Assembly (NCBI GenBank): GCA_032250835.1
Contig: JAVVEA010000009.1
Location: 1 to 64,000, forward strand
Direction of reading: 5' to 3'
Source: a bacterium
GTDB lineage: Bacteria; SAR324; XYD2-FULL-50-16
DNA: 64,000 nucleotides
Within the stretch, counting starts at the first letter, position 1. Each line of letters begins with the position of its first letter. This document shows positions 10,109-19,474 of the stretch, one piece after another. The notes beneath the pieces were generated by a model. The model saw only the letters and a list, made by a program, of their open reading frames with translations, was not told the origin of the DNA and did no database searches. The position numbers and the translations under genes were made by a program.

Positions 10109-12856
10109 ATGACCTCCTTTAGTTGCAGACAGTTTTTCATTTTAAGCTGTGCATTATTTTGTCTCGGGGCGGCTCCTGTCCAAGCCGAAACCTTTAAAAT
10201 CGGCGTTTTGGCCAAACGGGGGCCGGAAATGGCCCATGCCAAGTGGGACGCAACGGCGCGGTATTTGACTCAGGCTATCCCCAAACATCAATTTGTGATC
10301 GCCCCTTTGGGTTTTGATGCCGTTTCTGAAGCGGTATCCAACAAGGAAATCGACTTTTTGTTGGTGAACCCCTCTATGTACGTGGAGATGGAGGTGTTGC
10401 ACGGTGCCAGCCGGATCGCTACGCTTAAGAACAAAGGGCCCGGCGGGGCCTACACGGTCTTTGGCGGGGTGGTTTTCACTCGTTCGAACCGCAATGACCT
10501 GCAAACGATTTCGGACCTCAAAAAGGGGTACCGGTTCATGGCCGTCAACGAAACCAGTTTGGGCGGCTTTCAGCTAGGTTGGTCGGAACTAAAGAAATAT
10601 GGCATCGATCCCTATGGGGACTTTACCCAACTGGTCTTTCGCTCTAAGCATGACCAAGTGGTTTTTGCAGTGCTCAACGGCGAGGTAGATGCCGGCACGG
10701 TGCGTAGCGATACTTTAGAGCGGATGGCTGCCGAAGCGCAGATCAACTTAGATGACTTTAAGATACTCGGAAAAAAGACGGCTTCAAAAGAATCGGGCTT
10801 CCCCTTCTTACATTCGACCATCCTGGTGCCTGAATGGCCCTTTGCCAAGCTTTCGCACATTAGTGACGCCATCGCCCAAAAGGTGACCATCGCTCTGCTG
10901 GAGATGGAGCCTGACTCGGAGGCCGCAATCCAGGGGAAAAATGAAGGTTGGACGGTCCCGCTGAATTATCAGCCCATCCGGAATTTGATGATCGACCTAA
11001 AGATCGGTCCCTTCCGCAAATTCGGTCAGTTGACCTTCCAGAAGATCATCGATCAGTATTGGCTGCCCATCATGGCCTCTTTACTGACCCTGGTGGTCTT
11101 GATGTTCATTTTGACTTACATATGGAGGATCAACCGCCGCCTGAAAACCTCGGAAGACCGCCTACGGATCGAGGCGACCGAAAAGGCCGAGGTGGAGCGG
11201 GCCTTAGAGCAACAGCGCGATGCCTTAGAAGAGCAAGTCAAGCGGGTGCAGGCCACTTTGCAACGGTTGGAAAAAATCGAAAAGTACCACGACCTGACTT
11301 CCTTTTTGATTGGCAGCACCCAGCCTGAAGACCTGTTAAACAAGGCCTTGACTCGGGTGGTGGAGCTGAGTGGCTCGGAGTTTGGTACCGTCTTTTTATG
11401 GGATGGAGCGGCCCTGCGGCCCAGCGTGCGTTACGGCTTAAGCGAAAAAAACCTGGATCAATCGGGCTTGATCGGCAGCTTGCCGGAATTGGTTTTGAAG
11501 GAACGCAAGCCACGCCACATGACAAAGCTACCCGCCTCTTGCTTGCTTGAAGTGGGTTTAGGGGTGGCCAAGATCCATCCTGAAGAAATGGTCATGTTGC
11601 CTTTGAGCGTTACCCAAAAGCTGTTGGGCGTGATGATCATCGGCGGATTTAAGCGCTATCCGCCCGAGGACATTCCGGTCTTAAGCCATATGTCCGACCA
11701 AGTCTCCATCTTATTGGACAATGCCCTGACAGCAGAGGCGATCCAGCATTCTACGGAGGAATTGGCCCGGGCCAACGACACCAAAAATAAGTTTTTTTCG
11801 ATCATCAGCCACGACCTTCGAGGTCCTTTGGGTAGTATGGCAATGATATTCAAGCTGATCGAACAGGGGGAATTAGAGTTAAATGACGAGTTGGTCCACA
11901 ACATGGCTGAATCAACTGAAAACATCCATCAACTGCTCAACGACCTGCTGACCTGGGCCCAAAGCCAAAAAGGCCAGTTGGAATTTCGTCCCACTGCTCT
12001 TTGCCTCAAATCAGCGGTCCAAGAGACCGTGGGGCTACTGCGCGAAATGGCTTCGAACAAAGGCATCACCATTGCTTCTAACCTATCGCCCCAGCTTTAT
12101 GCCCAGGCGGACTTGCTGATGGTCACCACGGTGTTGCGTAACCTCTTGTCCAATGCCATCAAGTTTTCCCCGGCGGGGCAACGGATCGAGGTCAACGCTA
12201 AACCTTTGGGGGCTGAAGTGTTGGTGGAAGTCCGCGACTTCGGGACAGGGATCAGCCCCGAGGTACAAGAAAAGCTTTTTAGGCTCGACAAAGCGGTGGT
12301 TTCCTCACCGGGGACGGCCAACGAAAAAGGGACCGGGCTAGGGTTGGTGCTTTGCAAGGAATTTGTAGAAATCAATCAGGGCAGCATCGGGGTGCAAAGT
12401 ACGCTCGGTCAAGGTTCGGTCTTTTGGTTTAGTTTACCCCTGGCCACCTCGCCCCAGAAACCCTCCCAGGTGCCGGCAAAGGACTATGCGGGCTTTAAGG
12501 TCTTGGTGGCTGAAGACAATCCCTTGCACCAACTCAGTACGGGAAAAACCTTGGCTCAAATGAACATGGAGTATTCACTGGCCCCAGACGGAGAAGCAGC
12601 GTTAATCGCCTTCGGTAAAGAAGAATTTGATTTGGTCTTGATGGATATCGACATGCCCAAGCTCAACGGAATTGAAGCAGCTAAGAGGATTAAAGAACGC
12701 TCCAACAAACCGATCATTGCGCTGACCTCTTATTCAAAAGAAGAGTTATTAGACAGCCATATTGATGGGCACCTGTTTGACGGTTACCTCAACAAACCCT
12801 TGTCCAAGGAACAATTAGCCCACCTTCTCTCGGGGCTTTCCCCTGCCGAGGCCTGA
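10109..12856 (+). CDS. Hybrid sensor histidine kinase (PhnD-like periplasmic binding domain, GAF, HisKA, HATPase, REC)
   Basis: Signal peptide, phosphonate-binding-like domain, TM, SHDLRGP H-box, NLLSNAIKF, GTGLGL and LVLMDIDMP. Confidence 0.9.
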   Translation: MTSFSCRQFFILSCALFCLGAAPVQAETFKIGVLAKRGPEMAHAKWDATARYLTQAIPKHQFVIAPLGFDAVSEAVSNKEIDFLLVNPSMYVEMEVLHGASRIATLKNKGPGGAYTVFGGVVFTRSNRNDLQTISDLKKGYRFMAVNETSLGGFQLGWSELKKYGIDPYGDFTQLVFRSKHDQVVFAVLNGEVDAGTVRSDTLERMAAEAQINLDDFKILGKKTASKESGFPFLHSTILVPEWPFAKLSHISDAIAQKVTIALLEMEPDSEAAIQGKNEGWTVPLNYQPIRNLMIDLKIGPFRKFGQLTFQKIIDQYWLPIMASLLTLVVLMFILTYIWRINRRLKTSEDRLRIEATEKAEVERALEQQRDALEEQVKRVQATLQRLEKIEKYHDLTSFLIGSTQPEDLLNKALTRVVELSGSEFGTVFLWDGAALRPSVRYGLSEKNLDQSGLIGSLPELVLKERKPRHMTKLPASCLLEVGLGVAKIHPEEMVMLPLSVTQKLLGVMIIGGFKRYPPEDIPVLSHMSDQVSILLDNALTAEAIQHSTEELARANDTKNKFFSIISHDLRGPLGSMAMIFKLIEQGELELNDELVHNMAESTENIHQLLNDLLTWAQSQKGQLEFRPTALCLKSAVQETVGLLREMASNKGITIASNLSPQLYAQADLLMVTTVLRNLLSNAIKFSPAGQRIEVNAKPLGAEVLVEVRDFGTGISPEVQEKLFRLDKAVVSSPGTANEKGTGLGLVLCKEFVEINQGSIGVQSTLGQGSVFWFSLPLATSPQKPSQVPAKDYAGFKVLVAEDNPLHQLSTGKTLAQMNMEYSLAPDGEAALIAFGKEEFDLVLMDIDMPKLNGIEAAKRIKERSNKPIIALTSYSKEELLDSHIDGHLFDGYLNKPLSKEQLAHLLSGLSPAEA

Positions 12857-12874
12857 GCGCCTTACGCAAGCGGA

Positions 12875-14296
12875 CTAATAAAACAACACTTGGTCTTCGT
12901 CGAGGCGCTCGGGCTTGGGGACCGGTGCCTGGGGGAATTGGACGATAAAGCAACTGCCGGGGTGGGCCGGTTCTTTAAAACACAAAGCACCGCCCATTTT
13001 GTGCATCAACTCCCGGCATAATATTAACCCCAATCCGGTGCCCGGCTCGCCTTGGGTGCCCGGCTTGGAAGTGGCCAAGTCGGTACGGAAGAGGCCTTCT
13101 TGGCCCGCTTGGTCGATGCCCGTACCGTGGTCGTGAACTTCTAGGCTCCTTAGGGTTTTATCCGCCGCATCGTAGACTAACTCGATCTTACCCCCAAAAT
13201 AAGAATACTTGATGGCATTGGAGATCAAGTTACGCAAAACGGTGCCCAGCATTTCCCGGTCCGCAAAGACCGGGATTTCCCCCTGTGGCACCGGCGGCAA
13301 TTCTACTTCTTTCTGGGCTGCCACTTCCTGCTCAAATTCAAGCACTTGAGAAATCAACGCCGCGAGGTTGAGCCAGCGAGGTTTGGCGGCGATGTGGTTG
13401 CTTTGGCAATGGGCCCAAGCGAGCAGTTGCTCCAGCATATTGTAGGTGTTTTCCGTAGAGCGTTGGACAATTTTTAAAGCGTCGATCAGCCTTTCTTTTG
13501 GTACCTGCTCGGCGTTGCGCAACATCCAGCTTAACAAACCGGAGTTGGCCCCCATGGGGCCGCGCAGATCATGGGCAATGATGCTGAAAAACCGGTTTTT
13601 GGTTTGGTCTGCTTCTTCTAGTTCTGCGGTCCGGGCGACGAGTTGCGCTAAGATCGGCTCGGTGATGCGAAGAAATAAAAAAGCCCCGATGGAAACCACC
13701 ACCAAGGTGATGCCCATCACGATCAACCCAGCACGCAGGTAAGACTGGCGTACTTCGGCCAAGTCAATCTTGGCCACAATCCCTAATTTCATGGATTCTA
13801 CGGGCCGGTAGGCAGCCAGCACTTCTTCTCCTCGGTAGTCCAGAGAGATGAAACTTCCCGAAAGCCCCTTGAGGGCATTGCGCATGGGGCCAGCCCACGC
13901 AACGTTCCAGGCAATGGGTTGCAGGTTGTTGAGGTCGTGGAGGCGGTGGCTTAACAAAAAGACAATCTGGTCTCCCTGCCGCTTGCCCAAGGTAAATTCC
14001 CCAGTCTGGCCCATTCCCGAAAAGTTACGGTGCGCCTCGCGGAATTGTTCTAGCGTATGCTCTTCAGCGCTGGATCGGCTTTGCCCGAGGCTGGCCCCAA
14101 CTTGAAAATTGTGTTTGGCAATGACCTCCATCAAGCTAGCGTGACTTTCGACGATCTCGGTCAGCCGGGCCTTGGTGTCCTTAACCCCTAGGTCGTAGAG
14201 ATACAAGATCGCCAAAAAGCTGGTTGTCAGACAACTGGCCGAAAAAAGCCCAATCAACCAAAACACCCGCTGCCTACTTTTTAAGAGAATTTTCAT
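12875..14296 (-). CDS. Membrane sensor histidine kinase (Cache-like periplasmic domain)
   Basis: Two TM helices, DYRGEEVLAAY Cache motif, AHDLRGP, NLISNAIKY and GTGLGL. Confidence 0.9.
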   Translation of the reverse strand: MKILLKSRQRVFWLIGLFSASCLTTSFLAILYLYDLGVKDTKARLTEIVESHASLMEVIAKHNFQVGASLGQSRSSAEEHTLEQFREAHRNFSGMGQTGEFTLGKRQGDQIVFLLSHRLHDLNNLQPIAWNVAWAGPMRNALKGLSGSFISLDYRGEEVLAAYRPVESMKLGIVAKIDLAEVRQSYLRAGLIVMGITLVVVSIGAFLFLRITEPILAQLVARTAELEEADQTKNRFFSIIAHDLRGPMGANSGLLSWMLRNAEQVPKERLIDALKIVQRSTENTYNMLEQLLAWAHCQSNHIAAKPRWLNLAALISQVLEFEQEVAAQKEVELPPVPQGEIPVFADREMLGTVLRNLISNAIKYSYFGGKIELVYDAADKTLRSLEVHDHGTGIDQAGQEGLFRTDLATSKPGTQGEPGTGLGLILCRELMHKMGGALCFKEPAHPGSCFIVQFPQAPVPKPERLDEDQVLFY

Positions 14297-14615
14297 ACTG
14301 GGGGTTAAGGGGATTAAAAGTAAGAACTTGGTGTCTATGTTATAAAACCCGAGGACCTATGATAACAAAAAAAGCGTCCTTCAGAGCTGCCAAGCCGACT
14401 GACGAATCAGAAAAAGGCCAGGGGCTAGACTCATGGCTAGCCTAAGACGCTATGCCCCAGTGCATTTTTTTGGCGGCCTTCCAGATACCCCTGTTGAGTA
14501 GGATACAAATTAGGGCAGAGGAGGCTGTTTTGTGGTCCATCAGGCTCCCCCGCCGGCCCGGCTGTTCAATCCTAAAGGAGCTAAACTGAAGACGGATCAA
14601 GGGCTCGCCAATCGA

Positions 14616-14657
14616 CTTGCAATTAATATCTATATATTCTAATATAAATATATATCA
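14616..14657 (+). promoter_or_regulatory. AT-rich promoter/operator, possibly ArsR-type, upstream of thioredoxin
   Basis: ttgcaa -35-like hexamer followed by the imperfect palindrome atatctatatattctaatataaatatatat. Confidence 0.4.
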
Positions 14658-14724
14658 AGCGAAGCAACAAGTTAGTTCTTCGCCAAAGGCAGGAAAGCGA
14701 ACAACCCGTCAACCTGAGGTGGAC

Positions 14725-15090
14725 ATGACAGTAGAATATTTGAGCTTAGCGACCTTTAAAGAAAAGGTATTCGATTTCGAAGCCAACCAAGAATGGAACT
14801 TTAAAGGCGACAAACCTGCGGTGATCGACTTCTATGCCGACTGGTGCGGCCCTTGTAAAACCTTAGGCCCCATCGTCGAAGAGCTTTCCAACGAATACGA
14901 AGGCGACGTCACCTTCTACAAGGTAGACACCGGTGCAGAAGAAGAACTGGCCGGTATGTTCGGCATCCGGAGCATTCCCTCTCTGCTCTTCATCCCGACG
15001 GGCGACAAACCCCAAATGTCGCAAGGAGCCTTGCCTAAAGAGACCTTCAAAAAAGTGATCTCAGAGGTCTTGAGCGTAGAGTCCAAGTAG
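14725..15090 (+). CDS. trxA: Thioredoxin
   Basis: DFYADWCGPCK and GIRSIP; GAGG RBS before ATG 14725. Confidence 0.93.
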   Translation: MTVEYLSLATFKEKVFDFEANQEWNFKGDKPAVIDFYADWCGPCKTLGPIVEELSNEYEGDVTFYKVDTGAEEELAGMFGIRSIPSLLFIPTGDKPQMSQGALPKETFKKVISEVLSVESK

Positions 15091-15117
15091 GGCAGGCTGG
15101 CCCCTTCAAGCCAGCAG

Positions 15118-15149
15118 GGCTGGGCCTCTAATTAAGGCCCAGCCATTTT
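15118..15149 (+). terminator. Intrinsic terminator
   Basis: ggctgggcct...aggcccagcc followed by atttt. Confidence 0.65.
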
Positions 15150-15218
15150 GGCGGTTCTGGTGATTTATCGGGCGACCCCTATCTTAACAGTTGGGGCCGG
15201 TCTTATCCTATGGCCTTT

Positions 15219-16445
15219 TTAGGCCGTCGGGGGCGCTTCGATGAACGGTGCCTTGCCCGACCAAATCAGCACCAAAGCGCTAACCAGCGCCGAGAAGGCA
15301 ACGCCTAAGACCAGCGGGACCACCGTATCATTGTAAAATTGCCCCACCACCATACCCAAACCTGCCGATATCAGGGTGGACAGGGTCCCCACCACTGCCG
15401 CCCCGATTCCGGCCACCTCGCCCAAGGGCTCCATGGCCAAAGCGTTGAGGTTGCCGAACAGGATAGCCATGCAAAAATAAAAGAACGATAAATAAACCAA
15501 CAGAGTCCAAAAAGGCGGCACCCCGTCCCAAGCTTGGGCAAAAAAGTAATAGAGTCCCGAGACCCCCATCAAAGCGGTCAGAGAGACAAAGGCCAAGCGG
15601 GTCATGTCATAGCGCCGCACCAGCTTGGAGTTGAGCATCGAGGAGACCCCAAAGACCAAGGCCAAAGAGCCAAAAACCAGGGCGAAGCGGTCCCCTTGGT
15701 GGTAGAGCCCTTGAAATATCTGCTGGGCGGTACTTAGATAAATCAGGATCGCCCCAAAGATGATCCCCAAGGCGATGGTGGGCCCCATTGAGGCCTTGTT
15801 GGAGAGCACCAACCAAATGGTTCGGCCCGTTTGGATCGGGGTGAAGGCCGCCCGCTTGGACCGGGCCAAGGTCTCCGGTTGGCGTAGCGCAAACCAGAGC
15901 AGCCCCACCAAAGCCATAGCCAACAAAAACCAAAAGATGGCGCGCCACTGGGCGAACCAGAGGATGGTCTGGCCGAGCATGGGGGCGATGGCGGGCACTA
16001 AAATAAAGACCATCATCACCAAAGACATGACCCGCGCCATCTCCCGGCCATGAAACTGGTCACGCACCATAGTCAAGGTGACCACCCTGGGCGCGGCTAG
16101 ACCAAAGCCTTGCAACAGGCGGCCTAAGATCATTTGGTCGAAATTCTGGGCGAAGATGCTGACCAGACAACCGACGATAAACAACGCCAACCCGGCGAAG
16201 AGCGGTGGTTTGCGGCCAAAGGAATCCGAAGCGGGGCCGAAAAAAAGTAGGCCTAGGGCGGTGCCCATAAAGAGGCTGGTGATGACCAGCTGGTTGTCGT
16301 TGGCATGCTGGTTGCCCAGCTCTTGTCCGATTTGGGCCAAGGCGGGGAGCATGGCGTCGATGGCTAGGGCCATCAAAGAACTGAGCATGGCCATCAAAGC
16401 CACGAATTCTGGCAATTTCAGCGGCTTGGCTAGGCTGTGGGGCAT
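15219..16445 (-). CDS. Bcr/CflA family multidrug efflux MFS transporter
   Basis: AIDAMLPAL, GPASDSFGRKP and PAIAPMLG motifs; ~12 TM. Confidence 0.9.
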   Translation of the reverse strand: MPHSLAKPLKLPEFVALMAMLSSLMALAIDAMLPALAQIGQELGNQHANDNQLVITSLFMGTALGLLFFGPASDSFGRKPPLFAGLALFIVGCLVSIFAQNFDQMILGRLLQGFGLAAPRVVTLTMVRDQFHGREMARVMSLVMMVFILVPAIAPMLGQTILWFAQWRAIFWFLLAMALVGLLWFALRQPETLARSKRAAFTPIQTGRTIWLVLSNKASMGPTIALGIIFGAILIYLSTAQQIFQGLYHQGDRFALVFGSLALVFGVSSMLNSKLVRRYDMTRLAFVSLTALMGVSGLYYFFAQAWDGVPPFWTLLVYLSFFYFCMAILFGNLNALAMEPLGEVAGIGAAVVGTLSTLISAGLGMVVGQFYNDTVVPLVLGVAFSALVSALVLIWSGKAPFIEAPPTA

Positions 16446-16697
16446 GGGGTAACCTGTGGGGGGCCTTAAATATCCCCCAATCTATCGGGTCGACTGGTTT
16501 TTGGGGAGCCCAAAGCGCCGGGGATCGCCCGAATTATTAGCATTTTTCTTCAATCGACCTGAGCCGGGAAAACTCCCCCAAGGCCCATTGAGCCGCCTTT
16601 AGGTTTTCAGGGCTAAGGCCCCTAAAGCCCGTACTTGACAAGGATGCCGGCCCACCTTAAAGAAAAATATTGACCGACCGCCCGGTCAGTTTTATAG

Positions 16698-16713
16698 TTC
16701 GAAACATGTCGAA
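16698..16713 (+). promoter_or_regulatory. Putative ArsR operator
   Basis: ttcga-aacatg-tcgaa palindrome overlapping the arsR start, downstream of ttgacc...tatagt. Confidence 0.55.
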
Positions 16714-17044
16714 TAATAAAACTGAAACCTATTTGTTTTGTGAGCAGTTTAAGGCGTTGAGTAATCCGCACCGCCTGGCATTGTTCCACCGTCTGAGTAC
16801 CTGCTGCCCTGTAGGGACTCGCTGTGACACCGAAGCGGTGATCCGCTTCACCGTGGGCCAGTTGGGCGAAGGGCTGGATATTGCGCCTTCAACGCTTTCG
16901 CACCACCTAAAAGAACTGTCCCGCGCGGGATTGATCCAGACGGAGCGCCAGGGCAAGCAGGTGCTGTGCTGGGTCGAAGGGGAAACGCTGCAACGGCTCG
17001 CCGCTTTTTTTGGCGAAAGCAGTGAACTAACGAGCTCAAAATAG
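16706..17044 (+). CDS. ArsR/SmtB family transcriptional regulator
   Basis: FKALSNPHRL and STLSHHLKEL HTH; Cys cluster CCPVGTRC. Confidence 0.92.
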   Translation: MSNNKTETYLFCEQFKALSNPHRLALFHRLSTCCPVGTRCDTEAVIRFTVGQLGEGLDIAPSTLSHHLKELSRAGLIQTERQGKQVLCWVEGETLQRLAAFFGESSELTSSK

Positions 17045-17051
17045 CGGGGTC

Positions 17052-17303
17052 ATGAGCCAAGAAAACCCTAGTGGTAGCCTCTCCTTTGCGCAAAGCCAAA
17101 CGATTGAGGCCAAAATTCAAGTCGATCAGCGGTCCGCAGTGGTCACGCCCAGGTCGCCCAGGCGGACAATACCGGCAAATGGCGCGACTCTCGGCCCGGT
17201 TGTTGCGACTAGTTGCTGCGGTGCCCCCGCCAATTCGGCGATCAACCGCTTGGTTTCAACCCAGTTTCCTCGGCGCAGTCAGACCCGATTTTTCACCCTT
17301 TAA
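17052..17303 (+). CDS. Hypothetical small protein with SCCG motif
   Basis: Fills the arsR-gshB gap with ATG 7 nt after the arsR stop; may be a gene remnant. Confidence 0.35.
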   Translation: MSQENPSGSLSFAQSQTIEAKIQVDQRSAVVTPRSPRRTIPANGATLGPVVATSCCGAPANSAINRLVSTQFPRRSQTRFFTL

Positions 17304-17315
17304 TCAGCGCGGAAT

Positions 17316-18272
17316 ATGCCCAAAAGTCTAGTTTTTTTGATGGACCCCTTTGCTAGCTTGAACCTGGAGACCGAAACCTCTTTACTCTTCATGGAGGAAT
17401 TGCTCCGCCGGGGGCACCGGGTTTTTTGGGCTGAGGCCCGAGGGCTTTGCTTAGACAACGGAAAGTTACTGGGACAGGTGGCCCCGGTCCAAAGTGTGAA
17501 ACCCTTTGAACTAGGTGAATCGGTCTCCACGCCCCTGGACGGTTTTGACGCGCTGATCAACCGAAAAGACCCGCCCTTTGATCTGCACTACCTGCACGTC
17601 ACCCTGTTGCTTGACTTCTTGGCTCCCCAGGTGGTCCAGATCAACGCCCCCAGAGCGCTGCGGGACCTCAACGAAAAGCTCGTCAGCCAGCGCTTCCCGG
17701 AGCGCACCACCGATTGCCGCGTAGCGGCCGAGGCCGAAAGCTTGGCGGAGTTTGTCAGGCAGGCCGGGCGGGCGGTGGTCAAGCCGCTGGATGACTGTTC
17801 GGGCCGGGGTATTGGGCTTTTGGAGGGATCGGACCCCGACTTATTGTCCAAGTTGCAAGACCGCCTGAACGCTAGCGGCGGGTTCCTGATGGTGCAGCGC
17901 TACTTACCGGAGGTGCATCTGGGCGACAAGCGGGTTTACCTAGCGGGCGGTCGGATTTGCGGCTTGGTCAACCGCATCCCCAAAGACGAACACTCCTTAG
18001 GCAACATCCATATGGGCGCGCGTTGCGTGAGCGCCCAACTGAGCCCCCGCGAAGCCGAAACGGTTGAGATGATCATCCCCCTGCTGCAAGCCGAAGGGGT
18101 CTTCTTGGCGGGCGTAGACTTCATTGGCGGCGAATTGACCGAAATCAACCTAACCAGCCCATCAGCTTTGCGCCAAATCAACGAGGTGGACGGCAAACAT
18201 TGGGAGGTTGAAGTGGTCGATGGGATCCTAGACTTCATCAAGCTCAAAAAACTCCCGGCGACCTCCTGTTAA
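17316..18272 (+). CDS. gshB: Glutathione synthetase (ATP-grasp)
   Basis: FLMDP, RKDPPFD, NEKL, KPLD, GDKRV and EINLTSPS motifs. Confidence 0.88.
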   Translation: MPKSLVFLMDPFASLNLETETSLLFMEELLRRGHRVFWAEARGLCLDNGKLLGQVAPVQSVKPFELGESVSTPLDGFDALINRKDPPFDLHYLHVTLLLDFLAPQVVQINAPRALRDLNEKLVSQRFPERTTDCRVAAEAESLAEFVRQAGRAVVKPLDDCSGRGIGLLEGSDPDLLSKLQDRLNASGGFLMVQRYLPEVHLGDKRVYLAGGRICGLVNRIPKDEHSLGNIHMGARCVSAQLSPREAETVEMIIPLLQAEGVFLAGVDFIGGELTEINLTSPSALRQINEVDGKHWEVEVVDGILDFIKLKKLPATSC

Positions 18273-18415
18273 AGGCGGATATAGCTTATTTCGGCAGGCC
18301 CTCGAAGGTTTGACAAAACCACGGGTTGGTGAAAGATTGGACCCTATCACGGGGTCTGGTACCTTCCGGCCCTCTTCTAATATCCCTTATTTAATGCGAA
18401 GTATTGCTCCTCGTC

Positions 18416-19474
18416 ATGTTAGGCCCCAACACCCGGAAAAACTGGTTGATTGCTCTATGCTTTCTCCTATTGGCTCTGGGATTTCCTAAAGCGCGGTGGT
18501 GGCTGGGCTTGGAGCGTCCCGACTTATCCTTCGGTCCGTCCCCAACTAGGTTATATCCTTTATACGCCGACTTAGAAAGCTTGGACGGCTTCAAAGGGAG
18601 CTCACAGAAAAAAACCAAATACGCACAGGGGGCATTGGCGATCCCTGAGGGGGCTCGTAAGGCTAGTGCCCATCTTCCGCTACCACCAATGGGCCCCAAT
18701 TGGACTCTGGGCTTTCGGGTTCGTGCGGGTTTGGAGCATTCCAACTACTTTGAAAGTGGCTGGCGGCAGTTGATTAAAATATCCTCAAAAACTTCGGAGG
18801 ATCGGGCCAGTTTGGCTTTAGCGCTCCATATCGATTACCAACAACGGCAGTTGGTCTACAGTAGTCCCGCAAGTTCATCACTCAAACTAGAAGGCCTCCC
18901 GACCAAGTTAAGCCGTAGGGGAGACCAATACCTAATTAGTTACCAAGCCGACCAATGCCTTTTGGCTCTATACCTCAATGGTGAATCCCTGGGGCAGGTT
19001 GAGCAATGCCACCCAAATTGGCCTTTGGACCCCGAGTTGATCTTAGGCGGAGTGCCTCGTGGTTGGGCTCAGGTCGGCGCATACGGCCCCGTAGCTTTTT
19101 GGGACCGCTCCTTGAGCCCAGAGGAGGCCATGCTTTGGGCTCACGGCATCGACGGGGCCTTTAAATCAGCAAGGCGGCTTGGATTCGCGGCTACCTTGGT
19201 TTTTTACCTTGCCTGGGCCGGTCTTTTAGCCTGGTGGTTGCGCCATAACTTGGTGATGCGCGGCTTAGTTTTAGATACCTGGACTTGGATTCTTTCCTTG
19301 GCTCTTCCCATGCCCGACCAAGCCATACAAAATTGGGTCCGCAGCCTGGGGCTAGACCCCAGGGGAATGAGCGAAGACGAAATCATTCGAGCCATCATCC
19401 CAGATCCGTCCTTAGACTGGCCAAGTCGCAGAGCAGAATTCTGGAAACAATATCGGGAGGCACGCCGCAGATGA
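18416..19474 (+). CDS. Membrane-anchored LamG/concanavalin-like domain protein
   Basis: N-terminal TM, LYLNG, LILGG and FWDRSLSPEE LamG-type motifs, C-terminal TM. Confidence 0.6.
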   Translation: MLGPNTRKNWLIALCFLLLALGFPKARWWLGLERPDLSFGPSPTRLYPLYADLESLDGFKGSSQKKTKYAQGALAIPEGARKASAHLPLPPMGPNWTLGFRVRAGLEHSNYFESGWRQLIKISSKTSEDRASLALALHIDYQQRQLVYSSPASSSLKLEGLPTKLSRRGDQYLISYQADQCLLALYLNGESLGQVEQCHPNWPLDPELILGGVPRGWAQVGAYGPVAFWDRSLSPEEAMLWAHGIDGAFKSARRLGFAATLVFYLAWAGLLAWWLRHNLVMRGLVLDTWTWILSLALPMPDQAIQNWVRSLGLDPRGMSEDEIIRAIIPDPSLDWPSRRAEFWKQYREARRR

